Shown here piece after piece: positions 45,922 to 54,056 of a stretch of 56,023 bases of DNA (positions are counted from its first letter, which is position 1; each line of letters opens with the position of its first letter). Location: the NCBI GenBank assembly GCA_025449695.1, contig JANWIW010000013.1:1-56023 (forward strand). Reading direction: 5' to 3'. A program made the translations under genes and the position numbers. Source of the stretch: Minisyncoccota bacterium. Lineage in GTDB: Bacteria; Patescibacteriota; Minisyncoccia; UBA6257; 2-01-FULL-56-20. The notes under the pieces were generated by a model. The model worked only from the letters and a program-made list of their open reading frames with translations, made no database searches and had not been told where the DNA came from.

Positions 45922-46433
45922 CGCTCGAGATCGAAAAGACCTATCTGCCGAAGGAGCTGCCGCCCGGCATGGCGGGCTCGCCGCACAAAGACATCGAGGA
46001 TGCATACATCCCGGTCCTGCGCGGGATGCCGCTACGCCTTCGCCGGAGCGGCGACGTGTTCGAGTTTACGAAAAAGATCCAGCTAGGGAACGACCCTTCG
46101 CGCCACGAGGAGATCAATGTCCCCCTCGCCGAAGACCAGTTTCTCCGGCTCGCCAAGGACGAGCCGCTGCGCATCCTGAAAACCCGCTATTACCATCCCT
46201 GGGCCGGGCTCACCGCGGAGATCGACGTTTTCCACGGGAAATTGGAGGGGCTGGTGGTCGTCGAGTTCGAATTCCCTACGGTCGAGGCGATGGCTGCCTT
46301 CGAGATGCCCCCTTTCTGCCTGGCTGACGTCACTTCCGAAGAACTCGTTTCGGGCGGGGTCCTGGCCGGCAAGACATATGCGGACCTTGTTCCTTTTCTG
46401 GAGCGGTTCGGGTATAAGCCGCTGCGGCCATGA
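45918..46433 (+). CDS. CYTH-domain (triphosphate tunnel) protein
   Basis: N-terminal EIEKTYL (ExExK) motif, 171 aa. Confidence 0.75.
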   Translation: MTLEIEKTYLPKELPPGMAGSPHKDIEDAYIPVLRGMPLRLRRSGDVFEFTKKIQLGNDPSRHEEINVPLAEDQFLRLAKDEPLRILKTRYYHPWAGLTAEIDVFHGKLEGLVVVEFEFPTVEAMAAFEMPPFCLADVTSEELVSGGVLAGKTYADLVPFLERFGYKPLRP

Positions 46434-46648
46434 CCATCACGGTCACGGTGAAGCCCCGGTCCAAGAAGCAGGGACTTATAGAGACGGTGCCTGGCTTTTT
46501 TGAGGCGCGGGTGGTGAGGCCTCCGTTCCAGGGACAAGCCAACGCGGAACTGATCGCCCTGCTCGCGAAGCATTTCGGCATAGCCAAATCGCGGATCGTC
46601 GTGGTCGCGGGCGGGTCGAACCGCAAGAAGATCGTGGAAATACATTGA
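46430..46648 (+). CDS. DUF167 (YggU-like) protein
   Basis: 72 aa: V.VKPRSKK......G.ANAELIALLAKHFGI.KS.I. Confidence 0.75.
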   Translation: MTITVTVKPRSKKQGLIETVPGFFEARVVRPPFQGQANAELIALLAKHFGIAKSRIVVVAGGSNRKKIVEIH

Positions 46649-46660
46649 GAGTCGTCCCCT

Positions 46661-46738
46661 CTGTCATCCTGAGGTACTCCGAAGGATCTTCTCCATCTTT
46701 ATAAACGGAAGGTCCTTCGGAGTACCTCAGGATGACAG
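46661..46738. repeat. GTCATCCTGAGG... palindromic element (78 bp)
   Basis: ctgtcatcctgaggtactccgaaggatc pairs with ggtccttcggagtacctcaggatgacag (27 of 28). Confidence 0.8.
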
Positions 46739-46824
46739 TCAATGTATAATGTAAGAGGAAGCTCAGCAGTACGTCTAAAGAAACAAATAAGGGCCCGTCG
46801 GAGGGCCTAAAAATAAATAACAAT

Positions 46825-47607
46825 ATGAACCCTAAAATAAAGGATGTGTTGGGCTGGGTGGCGGTCGCAGCTATAGTACTCGCGACCTTCGGCGCGCTGC
46901 GGTACGTGAACTCCTATGCGCGGTCGGTCCCCGCGGCGGCAAGCTTCTCCGCGACCGGCGAGGGCCATGCCACCGCCATACCCGATGTCGTCCAGTTCTC
47001 CTTCGGCGTGACCACGGAGGGCGGCAAGGATATCGGCGTCATCCAAAAAGAGAATACCGGGAAGGCAAACGCTTCGATCGCGTTCGTGAAGTCGAAGGGC
47101 GTGGACGCGAAGGATATCTCGACGCAGAGCTATACCATCTCGCCGCGTTACGAGTCCTGTCCCCCGGTCGTCTATTCTGCCGGTATCATGCCCTCGTGCA
47201 ACGGCAACACAATCATCGGATACGTCATCGACCAGCAGATCGCCATCAAGGTACGCGATTTCTCGAAGATCGGCGATGTCATGAGCGGCGTGACCGCGCA
47301 GGGCGCCAACAACGTCTCCGGCCTGCAGTTCATCGTCCATGACCGGACCGAAGTGGAGAACGAGGCCCGCGCGAAAGCCATTGTCGAAGCGAAGGCCAAA
47401 GCAGAGGCTTTCGCCAAAGCTGGCAACTTCCGCCTTGGCCGCATCATCTCCATCCAGGAGAGCGGCAACTACCCCAGCTATGTCTACAACCGGGCCCTGG
47501 ACATGGCGAAAGGTGGCGCGGGCCTGGAAGCGGCTCCGTCGCCTTCCATCGAGCCCGGCTCCCAGGAGATCTCTTCGAACGTGACCATCGTTTACGAAAT
47601 CAAGTAA
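46825..47607 (+). CDS. SIMPL (DUF541) domain protein
   Basis: N-terminal anchor. The layout and C-terminal PGSQEISSNVTIVYEI are typical of SIMPL. Confidence 0.8.
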   Translation: MNPKIKDVLGWVAVAAIVLATFGALRYVNSYARSVPAAASFSATGEGHATAIPDVVQFSFGVTTEGGKDIGVIQKENTGKANASIAFVKSKGVDAKDISTQSYTISPRYESCPPVVYSAGIMPSCNGNTIIGYVIDQQIAIKVRDFSKIGDVMSGVTAQGANNVSGLQFIVHDRTEVENEARAKAIVEAKAKAEAFAKAGNFRLGRIISIQESGNYPSYVYNRALDMAKGGAGLEAAPSPSIEPGSQEISSNVTIVYEIK

Positions 47608-47620
47608 CGGGAATGCCTTA

Positions 47621-47657
47621 GAACAAAACACCCCCGCTAAGCGGGGGTGTTTTGTTC
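47621..47657. terminator. Bidirectional intrinsic terminator
   Basis: gaacaaaacaccccc-gctaa-gcgggggtgttttgttc. Confidence 0.75.
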
Positions 47658-47940
47658 ACTGCTTCGGCACCAGAATCATCGTCTTTTCTCCAGGCAGGTG
47701 GTAGTTGAAGCGCGCCTTGAGCTCTTTTTCCAAGTTCGTGGAATTTGAGAAATAACGCAATTCCGACTCCAAGGTATCGTGATCATGCTGCGTCTCGTCG
47801 AGACGGTTCTTGGCGGTGGCATAGGCCGCGCTCGCATCTTCCGCTTTCCCGCTATAGACGTAGATCTGGGTGCCCACGAAAGCAAGGAAAAGGAAGAGAA
47901 GGACGGAGATGACTATCTTCGCGACGTCGCCGGATTGCAT
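47656..47940 (-). CDS. FtsB/DivIC-like septum formation initiator
   Basis: 94 aa with a single TM followed by a coiled coil. Confidence 0.65.
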   Translation of the reverse strand: MQSGDVAKIVISVLLFLFLAFVGTQIYVYSGKAEDASAAYATAKNRLDETQHDHDTLESELRYFSNSTNLEKELKARFNYHLPGEKTMILVPKQ

Positions 47941-48304
47941 AAGGATAGTTTATAGTTTTTAGTTGATAGTTGATAGTTGATATAAGCGAAACCCAAGATT
48001 AGCGGCATCTTGGCGGCCTTCAATGGTTATGCCACCAGGCTTATCAATCAGGATACCGTTATTGACCGGTGTCCACCCTTGGCAAGATTGTGCCCAAAGA
48101 GCGGCAAGTGCGGGATAACGGATTCTGTATAGCGCTGCAGGGGGATTTGACACGAGGGATGGATATCCGTAGGTTGACAGTAGTAAGAGACACGGCATCC
48201 GTTGCCGACATCAAAAACGACAGGTAATGCCCCACGGGGCACCAACTGGCCAGCCTTCCACGAAGGGATTGGTTAACTTATGGGCTACGGCCCGGAGGTG
48301 ATTT

Positions 48305-49342
48305 GTGTCAGAGGGAAAAAGCTACGAAACTGTTGTTCGTAAGATCCGCCGGGGCACCGATTACGCCCTGATCGATGCGCTGGAAGGAGCAAAGCCCGAC
48401 AAGATCCCGGGCATCCTTGTGCGCATCTGCAGGACCACGATCAAACACGGACAGGGACGACAGGAAGCGCACGATGCCGCGGAGGAGTTGTTCGGCTGGC
48501 ATCTGGATGCCATCACGGACCAAGAGTTTGAGCCGTTCATCCCGCACCACATCCATTCGCCGACATTCGTTCTGGAAGGAGATCCTACCCGGATCGAGAA
48601 AGCCCGGCAGACAGCCCGCCGTCGGCGTTGCCGGTCCGCAATGGAGGCGTTGAGCTGGTTCTACACTCCTCTCCATAAGATCTGTCTCAGAGAGATCTGC
48701 GGATGGATGCGCGACACCGAGGACGAGGCGGAGGTAGACCAGATGTGGAGCTTCCTGTTGGAGTGCTACGAGAGGCACGAGGATCTCATCAAGAACACCA
48801 TGCGCGACGCGATGGATGAGAAGTTCCCGTTGCAGCGCATCCAGCGCCTCTTCCTCGGCCTGATCCCGCCAACCACTCCTGCGGGACGACGTGCGGTCTC
48901 TCTCGTGAAGACGCTCCAGATGGCGTACGCGAAGCAGACCGATTCCACGAAGCTCGCGGGATGGATCATGCTCACGGAAGGACTCTCGCAGCAGGGGCTC
49001 AGACTTCTCTACCAGCACTCCCTCGAAATCCGCCGCATTGAGACGGCGGCGGCGGAACTCGGCGACCACGTGCGCTACGTACTGAGTCAGCATCAGGACA
49101 GCGGCGATATCCATGTCACGACGGGTTACAATCTGTCGAGGAATGAGCTGACGCTTTACGCCGAGACTACGAGGAGCGTTACGGCAGGATATGCCATGTC
49201 GCTCGCGTCCAGCATTCTTTCCATGTGCGTGCAGGCCGTGGAGCCAGAAGTGCTCGTCACATGGAAGGTCTATGTGTCAAGCAGGGTTGCCCATCCCAAG
49301 TCAGAGTGGACACCTGTTACCAAGACTCGAGAATTACCATAA
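48305..49342 (+). CDS. Hypothetical protein, no family recognised
   Basis: 345 aa. GTG start with GGAGG 7 nt upstream. Codon bias is GC3-rich. Confidence 0.7.
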   Translation: MSEGKSYETVVRKIRRGTDYALIDALEGAKPDKIPGILVRICRTTIKHGQGRQEAHDAAEELFGWHLDAITDQEFEPFIPHHIHSPTFVLEGDPTRIEKARQTARRRRCRSAMEALSWFYTPLHKICLREICGWMRDTEDEAEVDQMWSFLLECYERHEDLIKNTMRDAMDEKFPLQRIQRLFLGLIPPTTPAGRRAVSLVKTLQMAYAKQTDSTKLAGWIMLTEGLSQQGLRLLYQHSLEIRRIETAAAELGDHVRYVLSQHQDSGDIHVTTGYNLSRNELTLYAETTRSVTAGYAMSLASSILSMCVQAVEPEVLVTWKVYVSSRVAHPKSEWTPVTKTRELP

Positions 49343-49449
49343 GCTCAAGCCCCAGGCGCAACGCGCCTGGGGCAAGCTCGTTTTCGGGAGGTAGTTTTCT
49401 GTCATGCTTGATTCCCGCTGAAGTTTAGACCGCACTTGATGCGGGTCGC

Positions 49450-49627
49450 CTGTCATCCCGAGTGAAGCGAGGGACCTCTATGCTATGGAAAGGATTCGAA
49501 TTCAGAACTTTTTTTAAGTTATCCTACTTCGTAAGCCGGCTTGGACATTAAGCATCCTTCCATGTTGTCTGGAAGAGTGAAATATTGATATTCCCGGGAG
49601 GTCCCTCGCCTTTGCTCGGGATGACAG
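49450..49627. mobile_element. MITE-like element with ~29-bp terminal inverted repeats of the GTCATCCCGAG family
   Basis: ctgtcatcccgagtgaagcgagggacctc ... gaggtccctcgcctttgctcgggatgacag. The core is AT-rich with a nested repeat (atggaaaggat/atccttccat). A solo half-site lies at about 49649-49660. Confidence 0.65.
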
Positions 49628-49737
49628 AGTGTGAGCGCCGGAGTTTATTCGGGATGACAAAGCTGCAGATGCCTCGCCGGAGCTCATCCCAAGCATACCG
49701 AAGATCTCAGAGAATAGAGAAGTCTAGGAAAGGGATT

Positions 49738-49796
49738 CTACTCACTACTCACTACTCACTACTCACTACTCACTACTCACTACTCACTACTCACTA
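49738..49796. repeat. Eight tandem copies of the heptamer CTACTCA (TGAGTAG on the minus strand)
   Basis: Read directly from the sequence. It begins at the lepA stop codon. Confidence 0.9.
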
Positions 49797-51572
49797 TTTC
49801 TTCAATATCTCCCGGAACACCTCCACCGGCACATTGACCCGCGCGGATTCCTTGAGGCGTTCCTTGCCCCGCTCCTGCTTCCGCCACAGCTTCATCTTGC
49901 GGGTGATATCCCCGCCATTCTTGCCAAAATTGCCGAGTTCCTTCTTCATCGCGGGGATGGTCTCCCGGGCGATGATGCGGCCGCGCACCCTGGCCTGGAT
50001 GGCCTGCGGGAACTGCTGGCGGGGTAAAAGCTCCTTCAGCCGCTCCGCCGTCTTCCGCCCCTCGCGCTCTATGTCCTTCTTCGAAACGATGCGGGTCAGC
50101 GCGTCCACTACGTCGTCCGCGACCAGGATCTCCATCTTCTCCGCGTCCGTCTCCGCCTCTCCCGCCAGCTCGTAGCTGAAGGAGGCGAATCCTGCCGAGA
50201 TCGATTTCAACTGGTCGTCGAAGTCGCGCACCAGCTCGGAAAGGGGCATCGTGCCGTGCAGGACCAGGTTCTCACCCACGGTTTCGGTGTTGTTGATCGC
50301 GACGCCGTAAGACATCTGGAGCGACAAGACACCCTGCAGGTAGTGGGGCGGCGTCACGATCTCGATCGCGATCACCGGCTCCCACACCTTTTCGGGATTG
50401 TCCGGAAAGGCATGCGGCTCTTTGATGATCCGGTCCTCCCCTTTTTCCCGTACGCGGTAGGCGATGGAGGGGAAGCTGGTCAGGAACTCCAGGTTGAACT
50501 CGCGGGTAAGGCGGGTGGCGATGATGTCGAAATGGAGCTGGCCCAAGAAGCCTACCTTCAACCCCCTGCCGAGCGCCTCGTTCGCGTCCGGCTCGATGCG
50601 CAGGGCGGCATCGGTAAGCCGCAGGCGGTCCAGCGCTTTCTTCAGATCCTCGAACTTGGTTGACCCGTCCGGATAGAAAGAGATGAACACCACGGGCGAC
50701 GGTTCCTTATAGCCCGCCAGAGGCTCCGCTTCGCCCGATCCGAGGCCGCTCACGGCGATCGTGTCGCCGATCTTCACCTTCTCGGGTTCTTTGAGGCCCG
50801 TGGCCAGATAGCCGATCTCGCCGGCGGCAAGCTCTGGCGAGGCGGTGAGCTGGGGCATGAAATAGCCGACCTCCTTGGCCTTGAACTTCGCGTTCGCAAC
50901 GAGAAGCCCCGCATCGGCGCCCGCCTTGAACGTGCCGCCGAACACCCGGGCGTAGGCCAGGATGCCGCGATGATCGTCGTAGAGCGAATCGAAGATGAGC
51001 GCCCGGCCGGTGCCCGCGAGCTCCCTCGGCGCCGGAACCCTTTCCACCACCGCGTCGAGGAGCGCCGCTACGCCTTCACCGGTCTTCGCGGAGATGCGGT
51101 AGATGTCCTCCGGGTTCTGTCCCAAAAGCAGGGCCAGCTCGTGGATAACCTCTTCCGTGCGCGCCGCCGGCATGTCTATCTTGTTCACCGCGCCAACCAG
51201 GGTGAGCCCCGCCTTCTTCGCGGCGCGGAAGTTCGAAAGGGTCTGGGCCTGGATGCCCTTTGTAACGTCCACGAGAAGGATGGCACCCTCCACCGCGGCG
51301 AGCGCGCGCGAGACCTCGTACGAAAAGTCAGAATGCCCGGGAGTGTCTATGAGGTTCAGGATGTAAGAGGTGCCCTTGGAGGTATAGGTCATCCTGACCG
51401 GCGCCATTTTGATGGTGATGCCCCGCTCGCGCTCCAGATCCATCTGGTCCAGGTATTGGGCGCGCATGTGCCGGGCTTCCACCGTGCCGGTGATCTCCAA
51501 AAGGCGGTCCGCCAGGGTGGACTTGCCATGGTCTATGTGAGCGGTGATGACGAAATTGCGGATGTTCTGCAT
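49794..51572 (-). CDS. lepA: Elongation factor 4
   Basis: IRNFVITAHIDHGKSTLADRLLE, and the full-length LepA C-terminus is present. Confidence 0.95.
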   Translation of the reverse strand: MQNIRNFVITAHIDHGKSTLADRLLEITGTVEARHMRAQYLDQMDLERERGITIKMAPVRMTYTSKGTSYILNLIDTPGHSDFSYEVSRALAAVEGAILLVDVTKGIQAQTLSNFRAAKKAGLTLVGAVNKIDMPAARTEEVIHELALLLGQNPEDIYRISAKTGEGVAALLDAVVERVPAPRELAGTGRALIFDSLYDDHRGILAYARVFGGTFKAGADAGLLVANAKFKAKEVGYFMPQLTASPELAAGEIGYLATGLKEPEKVKIGDTIAVSGLGSGEAEPLAGYKEPSPVVFISFYPDGSTKFEDLKKALDRLRLTDAALRIEPDANEALGRGLKVGFLGQLHFDIIATRLTREFNLEFLTSFPSIAYRVREKGEDRIIKEPHAFPDNPEKVWEPVIAIEIVTPPHYLQGVLSLQMSYGVAINNTETVGENLVLHGTMPLSELVRDFDDQLKSISAGFASFSYELAGEAETDAEKMEILVADDVVDALTRIVSKKDIEREGRKTAERLKELLPRQQFPQAIQARVRGRIIARETIPAMKKELGNFGKNGGDITRKMKLWRKQERGKERLKESARVNVPVEVFREILKK

Positions 51573-51593
51573 GGTTTGCGAAGGTCAGTCTAC

Positions 51594-51630
51594 CTTATAA
51601 AAAACACTGGCGCCACTCGGAAGTGGCGCA
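51594..51630 (-). terminator. Intrinsic terminator between the small ORF and lepA
   Basis: The minus strand reads GCGCCACT-TCCG-AGTGGCGC followed by CAGTGTTTTTTATAAGG. Confidence 0.7.
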
Positions 51631-51653
51631 CAGTTATTTCACGAACCGACCTT

Positions 51654-51839
51654 TCAGCCGATCCGGAACTCGTTCCCGTGGCAGCCACGGATGCGGTGTT
51701 CGAGGAACGGGTACGGAGTGGTGGACATCTCGAGGCGCGAGGTGTCCGTTCTCCGGTCGCTCTCATTCCGCGTATGGCGCGGGGGCAGACCCAGGGCTGG
51801 GTCATCGAGGTGGGAAGTGTCCGGCAGTTCTCTTCTCAT
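51654..51839 (-). CDS. Small protein (61 aa) with complete expression signals
   Basis: AAAGAGGAGAGCT precedes the ATG. Codons are GC3-rich. It sits between a consensus promoter and a terminator. Confidence 0.5.
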   Translation of the reverse strand: MRRELPDTSHLDDPALGLPPRHTRNESDRRTDTSRLEMSTTPYPFLEHRIRGCHGNEFRIG

Positions 51840-51894
51840 AGCTCTCCTCTTTCACACAGAATCGGCGCCAGAACTGCAATTTGGAGCCAAAAGT

Positions 51895-51923
51895 ATTATA
51901 ACACGCCCCCGTGTTTTTTGCAA
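51895..51923 (-). promoter_or_regulatory. Near-consensus sigma-70-type promoter
   Basis: The minus strand reads TTGCAA (51923-51918), a 17-nt spacer, then TATAAT (51900-51895). Confidence 0.6.
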
Positions 51924-51982
51924 TAGCAAATCACCCTTTTGTCAAGAGCGTTATGGCGTTCGGAAAACTCGGCTTTCCCCGT

Positions 51983-52100
51983 TTGTCATCCCGGAAGCCC
52001 AGCGGGGCTATCCGGGATCCAGCATGCTCCGGCAATCCTGGATCCCGCATCCCTCCTTCGCTACAAGCTGCGGAAGGGCGCCGCAAGTGCGGGATGACAG
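51983..52100. repeat. GTCATCCCGG...CGGGATGACA palindromic element copy
   Basis: tttgtcatcccgg ... gcgggatgacagag. The interior holds ccttcgctacaagctgcggaagg, a variant of the CTTCGCTAAAGCTTCGG hairpin. Confidence 0.6.
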
Positions 52101-52123
52101 AGACATTCAGACCAACCCTAAAT

Positions 52124-54034
52124 TTAAGGTGAGACCAGGAGGGACAGGTCTAGCACCACGCGGCCCGGCGGGTCATCACTGTCATATTTGAAAATGGGCG
52201 AGCCGGTCTCGGCCCAGACGAAGCCGACCGGCGCCGTAAAAGAGGCGTGGAAGGAAGTGACCGCCCCGGATTGGCGCTCGAACACGAACTGGTAGCGCTC
52301 CCCCGCCGCCGGGGCATGCTCGAGAGGGCGCGAATATGTGAGCGTAATGTCCTTCCGCCCACCCGGTTCGATCTTCTGCCAGGTCGCGAAGACGTTGCGG
52401 CCGGACTGCTTGGAGACTTGCAGCTTGCCATCTTTGGAGACGATGAGTGCGCCCTCCTCTGCGACAACATCGGGGTCCTTGCGGAACCCGGAACCGTAGT
52501 CGCTCTTCGAGGTGATGAACCGCTCGCCGCCGCCGGCGAACGCGTCCACAGTCGCGCCGGAAGGGGTGAAGACCTGGAAGTAGTTCCAGTTGGTCGAGTT
52601 GTACCACCACTCTTTGGCCCGATCGCCGCGGTGCGTGCGCATTACCTTGAGCTCGTCGTGCCACACGCCCTCGTTGTCCAGATGGGCATCAAGCACGATG
52701 TCCTGGGAGATATGACGGTCGCTCTTGCCCCCGCCGATATTCGCGTTCACCACCGCCAGGTAATCCCCCTTGAACTGCTCACCGAGAGGGAAAAGCGCCC
52801 CGTCCATGAAATATGCCGCGAGGAACTTCGCCAGGTGCTCGTCGCGCGAGAAGGCAAGGAGGTCCTTGTGATCCGTCCAGTCCTTGGCATTCGCGGCCAA
52901 CTGCCGCCGCTCCTCGGCGCTGAGCGACGCGAGCCGTCCGATGAGAACCGGCACAAGCTCCTTTAGCACCGCCTTCGGCTCCGCGGTGCCCGCGGCCTGC
53001 CCGGCCTGCACCTCGCGCTGGACCTCGTCCACCACATTGTCGCTCCCGATCTCGGTGCCGTCCGCGAGCCGGACCGGTCCCGTCGCCTCTAGCACGTCCT
53101 GGATCACCCGCGGAGTCACGGTGACGAGAGCGTCCAGGGTGGCCGTGGCATACAGGCCGGATTCCTGCATGAAAGACAACACTTTCTCGGCGGAAGAGGG
53201 ATAATCGAAGAACCAGTTCGCATCCGCCGTGCGCCAGCGGCCGGTGATGGCCTGGAGGGGCCGCGGCGGGACCACGTTCACGTCACGGGCCCGGTCCACG
53301 TCGTTGATATCATGGACCGCGATCTCCACGAGAGTGCCGTCCCTGAACGTCAGGTCGGCGAAACTGCCTATGAAACCGCCGCCCGGACGCAGCTCGGAGG
53401 TGTTCGAGAAAATTACGATCACGTGGCGCGGATCCGGGCTGCCCAGGATGCCGATAAGCCCGGTGAGGAGGTCTTGGCCGCGCAAGAGCTCCCTTTGGAA
53501 TGTGAGGTAGTCCCCGAAGAACGGCAGGCCTTCCTTGATATCCGGCTGGATAGCGGCGATGCGGCCCAGGGCGTCGCTCAAGGCGGAAACATGGGCGCGG
53601 GCGGAGCCGAGGGTGGACAAGAGCGTAGTGGCGCCTCCCCGGAGGAACTCCGGCAGGACCCTCTCGGCCTGGCCAATATCTTCCATGATCCCGACCACGC
53701 CCGCGGATATTTCCTGAAAACCGCTATAGGTCTCGCCGCCGCTCTTGAGGAGATCGGTCAGGGTGTCCCAGCCGCCCAGCAGGAATGAGGCATCGGCGGT
53801 CGGCGGGACGTCCGCGGAGCGATAGAAATTGCGCGTGGCCCAGTAGGCACCTCCCGCCGCGACGGAGAGGATGAGAAGCGCCAGGGCAAGAAAATGCGTG
53901 CGTCGGCGCGGAGGAATAGTATCGGCCTGTCCCTCCAGAGAACGGGAGATCGGGCTCAGGGGATCCCTCTTCTTCGGCGCAGGAAACTGGATGTCGCGGA
54001 ACTTCTTGTCCTTATCGGGAGAATTCTCGTCCAT
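52124..54034 (-). CDS. DUF4012 domain protein
   Basis: N-terminal TM segment and the motif SELRPGGGFIGSFADL. Confidence 0.85.
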   Translation of the reverse strand: MDENSPDKDKKFRDIQFPAPKKRDPLSPISRSLEGQADTIPPRRRTHFLALALLILSVAAGGAYWATRNFYRSADVPPTADASFLLGGWDTLTDLLKSGGETYSGFQEISAGVVGIMEDIGQAERVLPEFLRGGATTLLSTLGSARAHVSALSDALGRIAAIQPDIKEGLPFFGDYLTFQRELLRGQDLLTGLIGILGSPDPRHVIVIFSNTSELRPGGGFIGSFADLTFRDGTLVEIAVHDINDVDRARDVNVVPPRPLQAITGRWRTADANWFFDYPSSAEKVLSFMQESGLYATATLDALVTVTPRVIQDVLEATGPVRLADGTEIGSDNVVDEVQREVQAGQAAGTAEPKAVLKELVPVLIGRLASLSAEERRQLAANAKDWTDHKDLLAFSRDEHLAKFLAAYFMDGALFPLGEQFKGDYLAVVNANIGGGKSDRHISQDIVLDAHLDNEGVWHDELKVMRTHRGDRAKEWWYNSTNWNYFQVFTPSGATVDAFAGGGERFITSKSDYGSGFRKDPDVVAEEGALIVSKDGKLQVSKQSGRNVFATWQKIEPGGRKDITLTYSRPLEHAPAAGERYQFVFERQSGAVTSFHASFTAPVGFVWAETGSPIFKYDSDDPPGRVVLDLSLLVSP

Positions 54035-54056
54035 CCCTAAATGGTATCATGAAGTC

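Noticed and set aside
47985-48300. Known riboswitch or ncRNA classes in the long leader (yybP-ykoY Mn, TPP, c-di-GMP, glycine, SRP, 6S).
   Set aside because: Only fragmentary resemblances exist, such as CTTGGCAAGA and GGGGGATTTGAC. The order and spacing do not fit any consensus I can recall, and the downstream gene is unrelated to those ligands.
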